Made by a program: the position numbers and the translations under genes
Assembly (NCBI GenBank): GCA_018302705.1
Contig: JAGVZI010000011.1
Span: 1 to 56,555 of the forward strand
Length of the DNA stretch: 56,555 nucleotides
Direction of reading: 5' to 3'
DNA from: Candidatus Woesearchaeota archaeon
GTDB lineage: Archaea; Nanobdellota; Nanobdellia; SCGC-AAA011-G17; ARS1403
Notes under the pieces: model-generated
What the model saw: the letters and a program-made list of their open reading frames with translations, nothing else
Database searches by the model: none
Told to the model about the DNA's origin: nothing
Part shown: positions 19,477 to 29,704 of the stretch, one piece after another
Layout: every line of letters begins with the position of its first letter
Position numbering within the stretch: the stretch's first letter is position 1

Positions 19477-20778
19477 TTAATAGTAAGTCTGTCCAGCTTC
19501 TTTTTCCTCTTCTAATTCAGGACCTTCGTCATCGCCGCCTTCGCTTCTCAATTTTGTGAAGGCAATTATCAAGCCCAGGATTACCAATAGAATTGCAAGA
19601 ACAGCAAATCCTACTTCTAATCCTTTTCTCAAGTCAGCGGCGGATTTAGCAACATTAGCCTGTAAGTTAACTTCCTTGACAACCTGCCCGTTGGATTTTA
19701 CTTTTACAGTAAAGCTCTGCTCTCCAACAACGCTAGGAGTTACTTTCACAAATAATTCGCCAGTATCGCCTGCATTTACAGCAACGAAAGCAGGGTCAAC
19801 ACCTGCGCTTCCCCATGCTCCAACTCCCAAAACTTCAGCAGAATATCTAGCAGCCTCGTCTCCGAAATTGGCAATCATCACTTTATAGCTTACTGATTCT
19901 CCAACTTTTACATCTTTTCTAGTTGCATCAACACTTACTAGGGAGTCTTCAGCGCCAACACCGGCTTTTTCTTTACCTTCAACTCTTATTGTAAAGTCTT
20001 CGCTTACAACATCATGCCCTCTGTTAAATATCAATTCAACTTTAACATCATAGTCTCCAGATTGGACATCTTTTGGAATCCTGCCGAATAATTCAACATC
20101 GCCAGATTTCTCTTCCTCGTTGTCATTGTCATCAGGCACTAATTCATCTATATAGTCTCTAGCTAAAAATCCCAGCTCAGGAATGCTCACCTTAACTTGT
20201 ATATCTTCTTCCTTTTTATCCCCCATGTTTTCAACTCTCACAGTAGTAAAGAGCATATCTCCAGAATTAACAACAGTGCCAGGTCTAAAGATAATGTCTT
20301 GAATTCTCAAGTCATGCCTTTTTTCCTCAACCATCAAAGCATAATTCTTTCTTGCCTCATTAACCCCGTCAAAAACCTCGACATGCAAGCTATACCTTTC
20401 AGATCTTCCCTTATTATCAGCATCTATATCATCAGGCAGAGAAACGCTCAAGGTCTTTTTATACAAGCCACTAGGCTCAACCTTGAATATTTTAGTTTGT
20501 TCAGCAATGTCTCCGTACTCATAACCACCGATCCATGCCTTAACTCTGATATCGTCTCTAACAGCTCCAACGCTCAAGCCTCTAACCCAGACCTCGACAT
20601 CTAAGCTATCTCCCCTTTCAACAGTAATAAAATTCACGTCACTTTCGCTAATATCTCTATTATCGACTTCAACCCTGTCAATAGTATAGTCTTGGCTAAT
20701 CCCTGCAGAAACGTTTCCTAAGCTAAGCAAGCCTAGTAATAACACCATCATAATGCTCATTGCACCCTTCAATTTCAT
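19477..20778 (-). CDS. Surface/S-layer-associated Ig-like (CARDB-type) protein with C-terminal TM
   Basis: Signal peptide, beta-rich domains (VRVENMGDKKEEDI...SIPELG), C-terminal TM with acidic tail; GGGGG RBS. Confidence 0.75.
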   Translation of the reverse strand: MKLKGAMSIMMVLLLGLLSLGNVSAGISQDYTIDRVEVDNRDISESDVNFITVERGDSLDVEVWVRGLSVGAVRDDIRVKAWIGGYEYGDIAEQTKIFKVEPSGLYKKTLSVSLPDDIDADNKGRSERYSLHVEVFDGVNEARKNYALMVEEKRHDLRIQDIIFRPGTVVNSGDMLFTTVRVENMGDKKEEDIQVKVSIPELGFLARDYIDELVPDDNDNEEEKSGDVELFGRIPKDVQSGDYDVKVELIFNRGHDVVSEDFTIRVEGKEKAGVGAEDSLVSVDATRKDVKVGESVSYKVMIANFGDEAARYSAEVLGVGAWGSAGVDPAFVAVNAGDTGELFVKVTPSVVGEQSFTVKVKSNGQVVKEVNLQANVAKSAADLRKGLEVGFAVLAILLVILGLIIAFTKLRSEGGDDEGPELEEEKEAGQTYY

Positions 20779-20909
20779 TTTTTTAACCCCCTGAATTAAC
20801 ATCAAATTGTTATTATTTTGTTATTATTTTACAGTTAAACGGTATTTATAAACTTTTTGGTAGTGAATTGTCACTAGAGGTAACAACATGAACAGCCTGG
20901 CTAATGACA

Positions 20910-23900
20910 TTATTCAACCAAAAAGCCAATTACCTCTGTTACTTCATCCTTATCACTACTGACAGTAACAATTGCATATATTATCTCGTCATCAACACTA
21001 TCAGGAACAACAGCTGAAAAGCTTCTTGTTACTGTCTTCTTTTTCTTAATATCGAATTCGTCGCTTCTCTCGTAATAATTAAGCTGGGGTATATTCAAGG
21101 TAATTCTTACATCATTTTCCTTTATATTCCCTTTATTATCAACAGCAACATCAACATCAAATAGCTCTTCTTTTTTCACTGTCATCCAATTATTGACAAT
21201 TATGCTCTTCACATTCAGAACATGTCTTTTAATCTCAGTTTTCTTCAGAGCTGGTTTTATTGATATAGGCTCTAAGTTGTCATTAACAGTGATTGTTACT
21301 ATTTTGCGATCGCTCCCCCCCTTTAATTCTCCATTGCTTGCTAAATCCACTACCTTGAACATCACCATATAGCCAACCCCCCCTTGGGTGTTGCTTGGAG
21401 TCCAGCTAAATACCTCATTATTTAATGTAGCGCCAGCAGGTAATTTAACCACTTCAAATCTTAAACTATCATTATCAGGGTCGCTTCCTTCTAAACTCAA
21501 TACCAAATTTTCCCCCTCATTTATTGTTACTTTCCCCACCACATTTCCATCTCTTTTAACAGTTAAAATTGGGTTTCTATTTGCAGCAGGAGGGGCAGCC
21601 TCAACGCTGAACACCGCAGTATCGCTGTCTCTTGCGCCGTCAGGATCAACAGCAGTAAACTCAATTCTCTCGCTTCCAGCAAAATCAGAAGGATAAGAAA
21701 TTCTAGCTATCCTATTTGAATCAATATTTACAGTTAATCTAGAAGCGCCAGAGACAATCCAGCTAATCTCATTATCATTATTATCAAGATCGATAACAAA
21801 TGTGTCTAAGTTAATCTCGTTAAACCTCTCTCCTGCTTTTATTGCCTGATCAGGAATGTCTCCGACAATAGGGGCTTGGTTTACCCTAAGGATTTCATTA
21901 ACAACAAGAGTGAAACCTCTTGATACAGTTATCTTGGAATCGCTAACTCCAACAACGACATTATATTGTCCTGCTTTATCAGCCCTCCAGCTAATCATTC
22001 CATTGGAATCAATGCTCATCCCTCTTGGCTTTTCAATTAGGGAATATGTTAAAGGATCATTGTCAGCATCGTAAGCAGCAACTTGATAAACAAACCAAGC
22101 TCCCACTGATGTCTTTTGATCATCGAGGTCCTGCAGGAATATAGGAGCATCATTAACAGGGCTTACTGTTATTGAAATTTTTCCTTCATTGCTGCTGTCT
22201 GAAATCCCATCATTTACTTTAAATGTAAATAAGTCATTCCCATTGAAATTATTATTTGGAATATAAGTTACCCTTCCGAGTCTTGGATTAAAGTTTGATA
22301 AAATTCCATTTGATGGATTAGACACTATTATAAATCTCAAACTATCATTGTCAGCATCGCTCCCTCTTAGCATTATCATTTTAGCTGTATCCTCATCAGT
22401 TGTCACAGATCCATCATCTGCAAAAGGTGCCCGGTTTGTATTTGCCACAATGATATAAAATCTTTGAGCTGCTCTTAATGAGCCATCTGAAACCTCTACG
22501 ATAACTTCATGGCTTCCAGCCTGCTCAAAACTTGGAGTCCACGATATTAATCCAGTATCTGGATTTATCTCCATCCCCACAGGGTTCTTTATTAATAAAA
22601 ATGTTAAAGCATCTCCATCAGGATCATTGGCTTCTACATCATACCTGTAAGCAGCTCCTTCTCTTGCAGCTGTCACTGGAGATGAAGTTATTACAGGAGC
22701 ATTATTAACTTTAATTCTTTCCTTAACAACAATGCGGACAGCTTCATAATCACTTAATTTTCCGTCGCTAACACTGACAGTAAAAGTATGAATTCCGATA
22801 TCGCTTTCAGACGTCCTCCAAATAAATTTATTTCCGCTTTGAGAGAATCTATCTCCGGTGATTCCGTATGTTAAGTCATCATTATCAGCATCATGCGCAT
22901 TAACAGTTAATCCAATAGTATCGCCGGCAAACACTTCTCTAGCTCCCTCAACACTGTCAATTACTGGCGCATTGTTTAAAATAACAATTTTTCTCTCAAC
23001 TTTTATGCTGACACTATCGGGCTCGCTCCATTTGCTTCCATCATCTTTAACTAAGAATTCAACTAAATGCGTGCTTTCTTTGTCAAATACATAAGAAAAT
23101 TCCTTTTCGTTGCTGACTTTCTCGCCGTTTATCAGCCATTTGTATTCTATAATGGATCCATCGCTATCTTCTCCTATACCAACAAACTCAACACTATCCC
23201 CTATATATATAGTTAAATCTTTTTCAGGCTTGACAATTTCAGCAATAGGTATATTATTTATTCTTTCCTTGACATTTATATTTACACTTTCACTAACGTA
23301 TCCATTTTTCCCGTCTTCAACACGGAAATTAAATGAGTAATCTCCTTTATCTCCTATGTTTGTCTGCCATCTGAAAACATTTGCGCTTTTTGAAAATAGG
23401 CTGCTATCAACACTATATAATAGGGTGTCATTGTCATCATCGTGCGCATTAACAGCGAGCTCAACTAACTCCCCCTCAAATACTTCTCTTGCGCCGATAA
23501 TATCATCAATTACTGGAGCCCTGTTAACATCAGCTACATTTATATTTACATTTTTTCTGACGACTCCATTGTATGAATCATCTGCTGTAACAGTCACAAC
23601 ATGAATTCCTGAGTCTGTAAATCCAGTCTGCCATTCTCCATTATTGTTTAAAGGCGATGAAAATGTAACTTTAACTTTATCATTATCTGAGTCTGAGACA
23701 AAAGTTTCTACTTTAGCTAACTCGCCTTCATTAACATTTACATCGAATACATCTAAAGTTGGAAGCCTGTTTACATCCTTGACTTTTACTTTTATTTTTT
23801 CAACGTCGTAGTTTCCTTTGCTATCAATTACTGTGAATGTAACTTCAAATTCAGTGCTTGGCTCATTTCCCAGTATTCCAAAACTTATGAATTTTAAAAT

Positions 23901-24830
23901 TCCATTAATTAAACCACCGTGACCAACAGCGTCAAAACTTGGCTTCCACGTGAAACCATTATTTATGAATGTAGAACCTGTTGGAAGATTTTCTGCGTTG
24001 ATTGAAACTATATCGTTATCCTCGTCTGCTGCTGTAACTGAGAATCTTAATTCTGAATTTTCAAATGCTTCTTTGTTTCCAATCGCCTGTAAAACTGGCT
24101 CGTGATCACCTTCGTCTTCGATTATTAAGTCTCTGTTGTCAATCACAAATCTTTTCTCGTACCACCCGCCCCAATTCTTTCCGTCGTAAGCCCTTGCTTT
24201 CACAACTGCATCCTCGTCAAACCTAATGAATTCAAATCCGTCGTTTGTAGGATCTCTGCTGTTAAAGCTGCAAACATCACCCTCGCAAAAAGCGCTGTAC
24301 TCATTTCCTTTTGCAACTACTCTGCTTTCATAATCTGTGATCTTATCATTGTCAGCATCACTAGCAGCTATTACAAAAGAAAACAAGCCTTCATTTTCAG
24401 TAATTGCAATGTCGGTAACAACAGGGTTATTATTAACTGCCTCGCTAGCTAGAACATGCAAGTCCAGTGTTTGTATTTGGAAATCTTTTCTGCCATCTGT
24501 AACTTCTAAATAGATTATATAATCGCCAGCATCTTTATAATATTCTTTAGTAACTAAATAAAAATCGCCAAATATGTAATCATTAACTACTAAGTCTCTT
24601 TCATAGATGTATTCGTATTCATCATTCATTAAAAATAAATTAATATTTAAAGGCCTGCTAAAGCTGCCAACATCAACTTGAAATTTAACGCTGTCGCCAT
24701 TATTAATAGTAACCTCCCTGCTTCCATCTTGCCATACTAAGCCGGAAGTAACAGCATTAACGCTTGCAGCAAAACTAGAAAAACTTGCAGCAGATAATAA
24801 TATCATTAAGATCATTAATAGCTTTCTCAT
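20910..24830 (-). CDS. Large secreted cadherin/PKD/Ig-repeat surface protein
   Basis: Signal peptide; repeated N.AP...A.D.DND.L.Y...W...VSDG units. Confidence 0.88.
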   Translation of the reverse strand: MRKLLMILMILLSAASFSSFAASVNAVTSGLVWQDGSREVTINNGDSVKFQVDVGSFSRPLNINLFLMNDEYEYIYERDLVVNDYIFGDFYLVTKEYYKDAGDYIIYLEVTDGRKDFQIQTLDLHVLASEAVNNNPVVTDIAITENEGLFSFVIAASDADNDKITDYESRVVAKGNEYSAFCEGDVCSFNSRDPTNDGFEFIRFDEDAVVKARAYDGKNWGGWYEKRFVIDNRDLIIEDEGDHEPVLQAIGNKEAFENSELRFSVTAADEDNDIVSINAENLPTGSTFINNGFTWKPSFDAVGHGGLINGILKFISFGILGNEPSTEFEVTFTVIDSKGNYDVEKIKVKVKDVNRLPTLDVFDVNVNEGELAKVETFVSDSDNDKVKVTFSSPLNNNGEWQTGFTDSGIHVVTVTADDSYNGVVRKNVNINVADVNRAPVIDDIIGAREVFEGELVELAVNAHDDDNDTLLYSVDSSLFSKSANVFRWQTNIGDKGDYSFNFRVEDGKNGYVSESVNINVKERINNIPIAEIVKPEKDLTIYIGDSVEFVGIGEDSDGSIIEYKWLINGEKVSNEKEFSYVFDKESTHLVEFLVKDDGSKWSEPDSVSIKVERKIVILNNAPVIDSVEGAREVFAGDTIGLTVNAHDADNDDLTYGITGDRFSQSGNKFIWRTSESDIGIHTFTVSVSDGKLSDYEAVRIVVKERIKVNNAPVITSSPVTAAREGAAYRYDVEANDPDGDALTFLLIKNPVGMEINPDTGLISWTPSFEQAGSHEVIVEVSDGSLRAAQRFYIIVANTNRAPFADDGSVTTDEDTAKMIMLRGSDADNDSLRFIIVSNPSNGILSNFNPRLGRVTYIPNNNFNGNDLFTFKVNDGISDSSNEGKISITVSPVNDAPIFLQDLDDQKTSVGAWFVYQVAAYDADNDPLTYSLIEKPRGMSIDSNGMISWRADKAGQYNVVVGVSDSKITVSRGFTLVVNEILRVNQAPIVGDIPDQAIKAGERFNEINLDTFVIDLDNNDNEISWIVSGASRLTVNIDSNRIARISYPSDFAGSERIEFTAVDPDGARDSDTAVFSVEAAPPAANRNPILTVKRDGNVVGKVTINEGENLVLSLEGSDPDNDSLRFEVVKLPAGATLNNEVFSWTPSNTQGGVGYMVMFKVVDLASNGELKGGSDRKIVTITVNDNLEPISIKPALKKTEIKRHVLNVKSIIVNNWMTVKKEELFDVDVAVDNKGNIKENDVRITLNIPQLNYYERSDEFDIKKKKTVTRSFSAVVPDSVDDEIIYAIVTVSSDKDEVTEVIGFLVE

Positions 24831-24864
24831 TTTAACCCCCTAACCACAATTAAGAGACATCAGC

Positions 24865-26019
24865 CTAAAACCTATAGGTTAATGTTCCTCCAGCAGTGCC
24901 AGATCCTGATTTTGTCCTCGCTTGGAGTCCAAATCCTAGATTCCCATAATTATATCTTAATCCTGCCATTGCAGAAACATACAATTCATTATTTCTGGAT
25001 GCGTCTTTATGAACATCTACATTAGGCTCTCCAAATACATTATCATTCCTATCATACAATGTTTCTACAGCAACTCTCCTTGAATCCCTGTCAGTAGTTT
25101 CCCTGCCAGCCCCTGCGTCACAAGTAAAGGTAAAATCCTTATAATCTATCTGGGGATTAACCAATAATTCCAGCGCATATTTCCTGACAGATCTAGTTAG
25201 CTCTTCGGCAGATTCAAGCCTAGTTCCAGTAATCCTGTTTCTTTGAGTTGCCAGCCTAGCTGTTTCAGAGTCAGAATCCTTTTCAGGCAATTCACCGCCT
25301 AAAGTAATTCCTAGTCTGTATCCATCACCAATTTCATAAAAGCCACTCAAAGCCAGGTTTAATCTTTCGTTAGTTTGATACCCAACACCTGCTTCATAGC
25401 TTAATCTATCCATGCTTAATGTATCCCTTTGTGTATAATCATCCTCTTCCTCAGTCCTTTCAGCAACTTGACTTCCAGCTTCAGCTCCCTCTTCAGCTCC
25501 GCCCATTCTATTCAGCAAAGTGTCAACATCAGCATTGAACCTAGAAACAGTTTCATCAACTGAAAGGTAATGTTCTCTGCCTGCAATTTTCTCATAAGAA
25601 TCTCTGGAATTTTGATCTAATTCAACCTTAGATAATAGATTATTGGCTTCTCCAGCTGTAACTAAACTATCTCTGATTGCATTATTAAAGGCGCTAAAAC
25701 TGCTGTAAGTGAAATCATTAATAGCCCTTATTGCTTCATATAATTTAGCTGCCCTTTCAGCATCTTCCATTGTTCTCCCTCTAAGCCCTCTTAAGCCTGT
25801 AGTGTCTCCAGTAGTCTCAGCCATTCTAATCTCTCCTTTTTGTCTATCAACCTTTACAGCTAAACTATCGTATGGAGCCCTTAAATTACTTTGAAACTGC
25901 TCTATATTCACAGCATTTACATTTTCAGGAACCTGAATACTTTCAGCAATAGCCCTGTCAGCAGCAAGTGAAATCAATCCGCTTACTCCGCCTGCAATTA
26001 AAATTCTTTTGATACTCAT
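24865..26019 (-). CDS. Secreted protein with helical N-domain and C-terminal beta-barrel-like domain
   Basis: Signal peptide from MSIKR; alternating G/aromatic strands ending GGTLTYRF. Confidence 0.7.
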   Translation of the reverse strand: MSIKRILIAGGVSGLISLAADRAIAESIQVPENVNAVNIEQFQSNLRAPYDSLAVKVDRQKGEIRMAETTGDTTGLRGLRGRTMEDAERAAKLYEAIRAINDFTYSSFSAFNNAIRDSLVTAGEANNLLSKVELDQNSRDSYEKIAGREHYLSVDETVSRFNADVDTLLNRMGGAEEGAEAGSQVAERTEEEDDYTQRDTLSMDRLSYEAGVGYQTNERLNLALSGFYEIGDGYRLGITLGGELPEKDSDSETARLATQRNRITGTRLESAEELTRSVRKYALELLVNPQIDYKDFTFTCDAGAGRETTDRDSRRVAVETLYDRNDNVFGEPNVDVHKDASRNNELYVSAMAGLRYNYGNLGFGLQARTKSGSGTAGGTLTYRF

Positions 26020-26020
26020 T

Positions 26021-26743
26021 TTATTTTCCTCCCATCTCAGTCTCATATTGATCGAAATCCATTCCATATCCTCTAGGATTTCCATTCTCATCAGTTGCAA
26101 AAACATATTTTTCGCCGTCGCGAACGCTAATGTCTCTAGTTCTTTGCCTGGCCACCTCTCCATTCATAACTACTGCCCTGCCAGCTAAAACATCTCTAAC
26201 TATCCTGTTATGTCCTTCTAGCATAAACTCTAAGCTTCTCTTTAAAGTAACAAAGTCCTCAAAATCCAAAGAGCCATCTTTTGGTTTAGATCCCCAATAT
26301 CCGATGCTGGATATATAATCTATATCTCTGTCAAACCCGGGGTATTGCACCAAAAAGCTATCCAAGCTCGCTCTTCTTGCCATTTCTAATTCTTCTCTAG
26401 CAGCATTAACCCTTCTTTCATACTCGCCAGTTAATTCTCCTTTCCTTTGGTTATATTCAGAAGATAGACTCTCTAATTTTGTGTTATAGTGAGTAATTGT
26501 TTCTTGTAAAGCAGTATCTTTTTTAGCTAATTCTCCTGTTAAGCTATCATTAGCATCTTTTAAACTGTCAACAATAGGGACGTATTTTCTTTCAACAAAT
26601 TCTACAGCATTTTCTTTGTACAACTTATTAACCAACCCATATCTTGGGGTAGTTAATCCTGCTGCAACCGCTATCGCAACACCGCTAATTCCAGCAACAA
26701 CAAGCTTTCTAGTATTCCATCTTTTCAATTTAATATCTCTCAT
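26021..26743 (-). CDS. Membrane-anchored coiled-coil hypothetical protein
   Basis: N-terminal hydrophobic segment then coiled coil; overlaps the upstream ATPase stop. Confidence 0.75.
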   Translation of the reverse strand: MRDIKLKRWNTRKLVVAGISGVAIAVAAGLTTPRYGLVNKLYKENAVEFVERKYVPIVDSLKDANDSLTGELAKKDTALQETITHYNTKLESLSSEYNQRKGELTGEYERRVNAAREELEMARRASLDSFLVQYPGFDRDIDYISSIGYWGSKPKDGSLDFEDFVTLKRSLEFMLEGHNRIVRDVLAGRAVVMNGEVARQRTRDISVRDGEKYVFATDENGNPRGYGMDFDQYETEMGGK

Positions 26744-27810
26744 TTTAAAGACCTCTCAATTAAGTAGTCCGCCACAGCCCTTATCTCCCTGTAAAAGACT
26801 TCATTTCCGCTATCAAAATTGGATAAAAAAGGAACCCCTTTGTTGGAAGCTGATTTAATTCCCTCATGATTCAAGACTAGGAAGTGGCTATCAAAACTCA
26901 AACCCTCCAGGCTTCTAATAAACTGATCATATAATATCTCTGCATTTTCTTTATGAACTGTTTTTCCATAATGCCCGTCAAAAACACCTCCGCTCAAAGC
27001 CCTTACAAATCTTGTATTCAAAAATCCTTCAATATTGCCTTGTGGAATCTTGTTAACCAACAAAATATTCCCTCCCTTGCTCAAATCATGTTTGCCAGTG
27101 CTTAGTATGTTAGAAATGTTCATAACTCCGTCAAAGCTGGCAAAGTTTTCAAAGTCGACAATATAGACCCTCTGATCGCAGCCAATAAATGCATCTAGAT
27201 ATTGAGGCATACCTGCAGGGAAATCTAAAACAAATACGTGATAACCATCTACTTTTCTGATTTCATCCAGTATTGTTCCATGTGCTTTGTTCAGTGCCCT
27301 TTCTCTCTCCGCCCTGCTTCCTTTCTCTCTGGAAGCTTCGCCAGGGGGATTAGTTAAAAAATAATTCAGTTGTGATCTGCTTTTGCTTTCAATTCCAACT
27401 TCGGTTAAACTTTTTCTTTGTCTCTTGGATGTTCTTTTGCCGTCAACTTTAGCACTAACTCTTTTTCCAACAACGACATCAATCAAAGATCTATTAACTC
27501 TGGAATCCCCGTTAACACCATCGGGCAAATCTTCAAGAACATATCCCAGTCCATTAGGGTCATACATATCAACATCAACATAGCCAACTTTTAAGCCCAT
27601 GCTTGCTAAAACATGAGATAAGTTAATTGCAATTTGTGTTTTGCCAATCCCTCCTTTAGGAGCACCGACAGCCCAGGCTTGAACCTTCCAGTCTCTTCTC
27701 TTTAATTCATCACCGACGATTTTAACCAAGCCAGCCTCAGTTTGCTCTTCGCTAAGGATCTCAACAGCTTCACCAAATCTTCTATTTTGAAAAACATCCA
27801 AATAATTCAT
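26740..27810 (-). CDS. MinD/ParA-family ATPase
   Basis: Deviant Walker A PKGGIGKT, VDVD, LDFPAG, LLVNK. Confidence 0.85.
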   Translation of the reverse strand: MNYLDVFQNRRFGEAVEILSEEQTEAGLVKIVGDELKRRDWKVQAWAVGAPKGGIGKTQIAINLSHVLASMGLKVGYVDVDMYDPNGLGYVLEDLPDGVNGDSRVNRSLIDVVVGKRVSAKVDGKRTSKRQRKSLTEVGIESKSRSQLNYFLTNPPGEASREKGSRAERERALNKAHGTILDEIRKVDGYHVFVLDFPAGMPQYLDAFIGCDQRVYIVDFENFASFDGVMNISNILSTGKHDLSKGGNILLVNKIPQGNIEGFLNTRFVRALSGGVFDGHYGKTVHKENAEILYDQFIRSLEGLSFDSHFLVLNHEGIKSASNKGVPFLSNFDSGNEVFYREIRAVADYLIERSLK

Positions 27811-27981
27811 CTTAACCCAAAATTTTTTAATTCAGACGCTTTTTAAATCTTTCTAAAATTTACTATTTTAAAATAGCTACAAAAATAAAAGGGTTTGTCA
27901 CAGCAAGTAACAACACAGTATAGATTTTCTAAAGAATATTTTTAAGAAAATAAATCTGGTGTAACTGAAAGTTAAAACAAT

Positions 27982-28081
27982 TGGGGACGGAGGGATTTGA
28001 ACCCCCATCAACCGGTCTGGAGCATTGACTAACCTTTAAATTTTAGTTATCGGTCACACTACCGGATTATGCTACGCCCCC
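27982..28081 (-). tRNA. trnW: tRNA-Trp(CCA) with 27-nt intron at position 30/31
   Basis: Acceptor GGGGGCG/CGTCCCC, T-loop GTTCAAATC, spliced anticodon arm ACCGG-CTCCAGA-CCGGT; 73 nt after splicing. Confidence 0.92.
28024..28050 (-). other. BHB intron in tRNA-Trp
   Basis: Central helix TGAC/GTCA, bulges CGA and ATG, intron stem TAACT/GGTTA. Confidence 0.88.
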
Positions 28082-28195
28082 TGATTAACATCCATTAATG
28101 AGCTTAAATTTACTATATAAAATTATCTTTAGCTTTTTATTTTAACCTGTCCCAAATGTCTATTTGTCTGTTTACCAAATATGTTTTTTTATAGC

Positions 28196-28433
28196 CTATT
28201 GATGGTTTCCTTTGCCCTTATGCCATCCAATATGCTCAGAAAGTCTGGAATCAACTCTTGATATCTTATTGTGGAGTCCAATTATGTATCCTATATTTGC
28301 TATTAATAATCCTACAACTAACTCTTCAAATCCCAAGCTCCCGCCAAAAATTTTACGTATTAATTCTATAATTAAATAGGCAAGAAATGCTACAAATATC
28401 CAATAAAATCTTTTTGAAGTTGAAGCCTACCAT
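28196..28433 (-). pseudogene. Frameshifted small membrane protein gene
   Basis: MVGFNFKKIL continues in another frame as YWIFVAFLAYLIIELIRKIFGGSLGFEELVVGLL...HIGWHKG; span 238 nt. Confidence 0.5.
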
Positions 28434-28434
28434 T

Positions 28435-28542
28435 TTAATTGACCACTCGCATAATAAACCAGATAATTAATATTATTAAAATTACAATCATTAAAACAGT
28501 AGCTGGGTCCCACTCCTTTTTTATAGCATTTACTTTCATCAT
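28435..28542 (-). CDS. Possible 35-aa single-TM micropeptide
   Basis: MMKVNAIKKEWDPATVLMIVILIILIIWFIMRVVN. Confidence 0.4.
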   Translation of the reverse strand: MMKVNAIKKEWDPATVLMIVILIILIIWFIMRVVN

Positions 28543-28594
28543 GTTTGTCTTGAATATTTTACTTCTTTATAAGCCTGTTGTGTAGCCTGTAAAA

Positions 28595-29572
28595 TTACTC
28601 TCCATCGAATAAATAATTCGGCAAATAACTTTTTTTGTAAGTATCCTGGAATTCAATAAGGTTAAATCTTTCAATGATGTCTTTGAATTCAATCCGGATT
28701 TGCAGGATCGACTGCCTTATTTTTCCAGCATCCAGCGCTTCAATATCAATCTCCATGTCCCAGTCGCCGATGGTTTTGCTTGCCTGTACCACTTCTTTGG
28801 CGTTTCTTAAATAATTCATCAAGCTGGTTTCCCTTTCAAGTGTTAAGTGGTGCAGCTTTAAAAAAAGCCTTGAAGTATAAATCCCCAGCTTTTCCCTGTT
28901 GAGGCAGTATTTAAATCCCTTAATGATCTTTCTCTTCATCAGGCCCTCTAAAATTGATTTCACAGTCTTCGCATTTAATTCAGAATGTTTTGCAAGCTCG
29001 CTCATCTGCGCAGTTGGATAAAAGAGAAGTGCCTTGATCAGCTTCATCTCATTTTTATTTATTAAGCATCTCTCCCTGTCGCCTCCTATAATCTTCTCAT
29101 TATACACACCTTGAATTTTATGATCAGCAAGATAATTCCTTGGATAAAGGTAAGTTACAATATTAAGCACAACCTTGTAGTCGTTTAGGTTAGGCATTAG
29201 TGTAGAAATCTCTTTCAGCTCTTTGTTAAACTTAGACGGGTTCGGAGAGATAAATTCAACTGCAAGATCGTACTCCCCAGTAAGCTCATATATGGCTGCA
29301 ACATAAGGATTGTTCTCCAGCACTCTCAAGATCTCTTTTTTATCCTGCTCAGCAACATAAACTCCTCTTAAATAAGTCTTGAATAAAACCTGCCCAAAAT
29401 AAGAGTAGTCAAAAACACAATATGGATTTTTAATTATGCCTTCTTCCTTAAGGGCATCAAACCCGTATTTTATCCTCTGGGAGCTTTTTCTTAAAGCCCT
29501 GGAAACCTCTTTTAGCCTCATCCTCGCATTTTCTGACCGAAGATAAAGGGCATTATAATCAATTTTAACCAT
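28595..29572 (-). CDS. Lrp/AsnC-family regulator with duplicated HTH-RAM domains
   Basis: ENARMRLKEVS...LTGEYDL, and a second repeat ...TIGDWDM. Confidence 0.88.
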   Translation of the reverse strand: MVKIDYNALYLRSENARMRLKEVSRALRKSSQRIKYGFDALKEEGIIKNPYCVFDYSYFGQVLFKTYLRGVYVAEQDKKEILRVLENNPYVAAIYELTGEYDLAVEFISPNPSKFNKELKEISTLMPNLNDYKVVLNIVTYLYPRNYLADHKIQGVYNEKIIGGDRERCLINKNEMKLIKALLFYPTAQMSELAKHSELNAKTVKSILEGLMKRKIIKGFKYCLNREKLGIYTSRLFLKLHHLTLERETSLMNYLRNAKEVVQASKTIGDWDMEIDIEALDAGKIRQSILQIRIEFKDIIERFNLIEFQDTYKKSYLPNYLFDGE

Positions 29573-29704
29573 CTAGCAAAACAAATTTTTATTAATTAAT
29601 AAATTTTACTGTTTTTTAGGTAGAAAATAAAAAAGAAGACCAGCTAAGTTTATATATAAGAAGAGTAAAAACAAGTGCATAATTACTGCAAAAAATTCAT
29701 GTCG

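Noticed and set aside
24865-26163. ORF-track start at 26163
   Set aside because: Overlaps the upstream gene by 143 nt; the Met at 26019 has a GGAGG RBS and a signal peptide.
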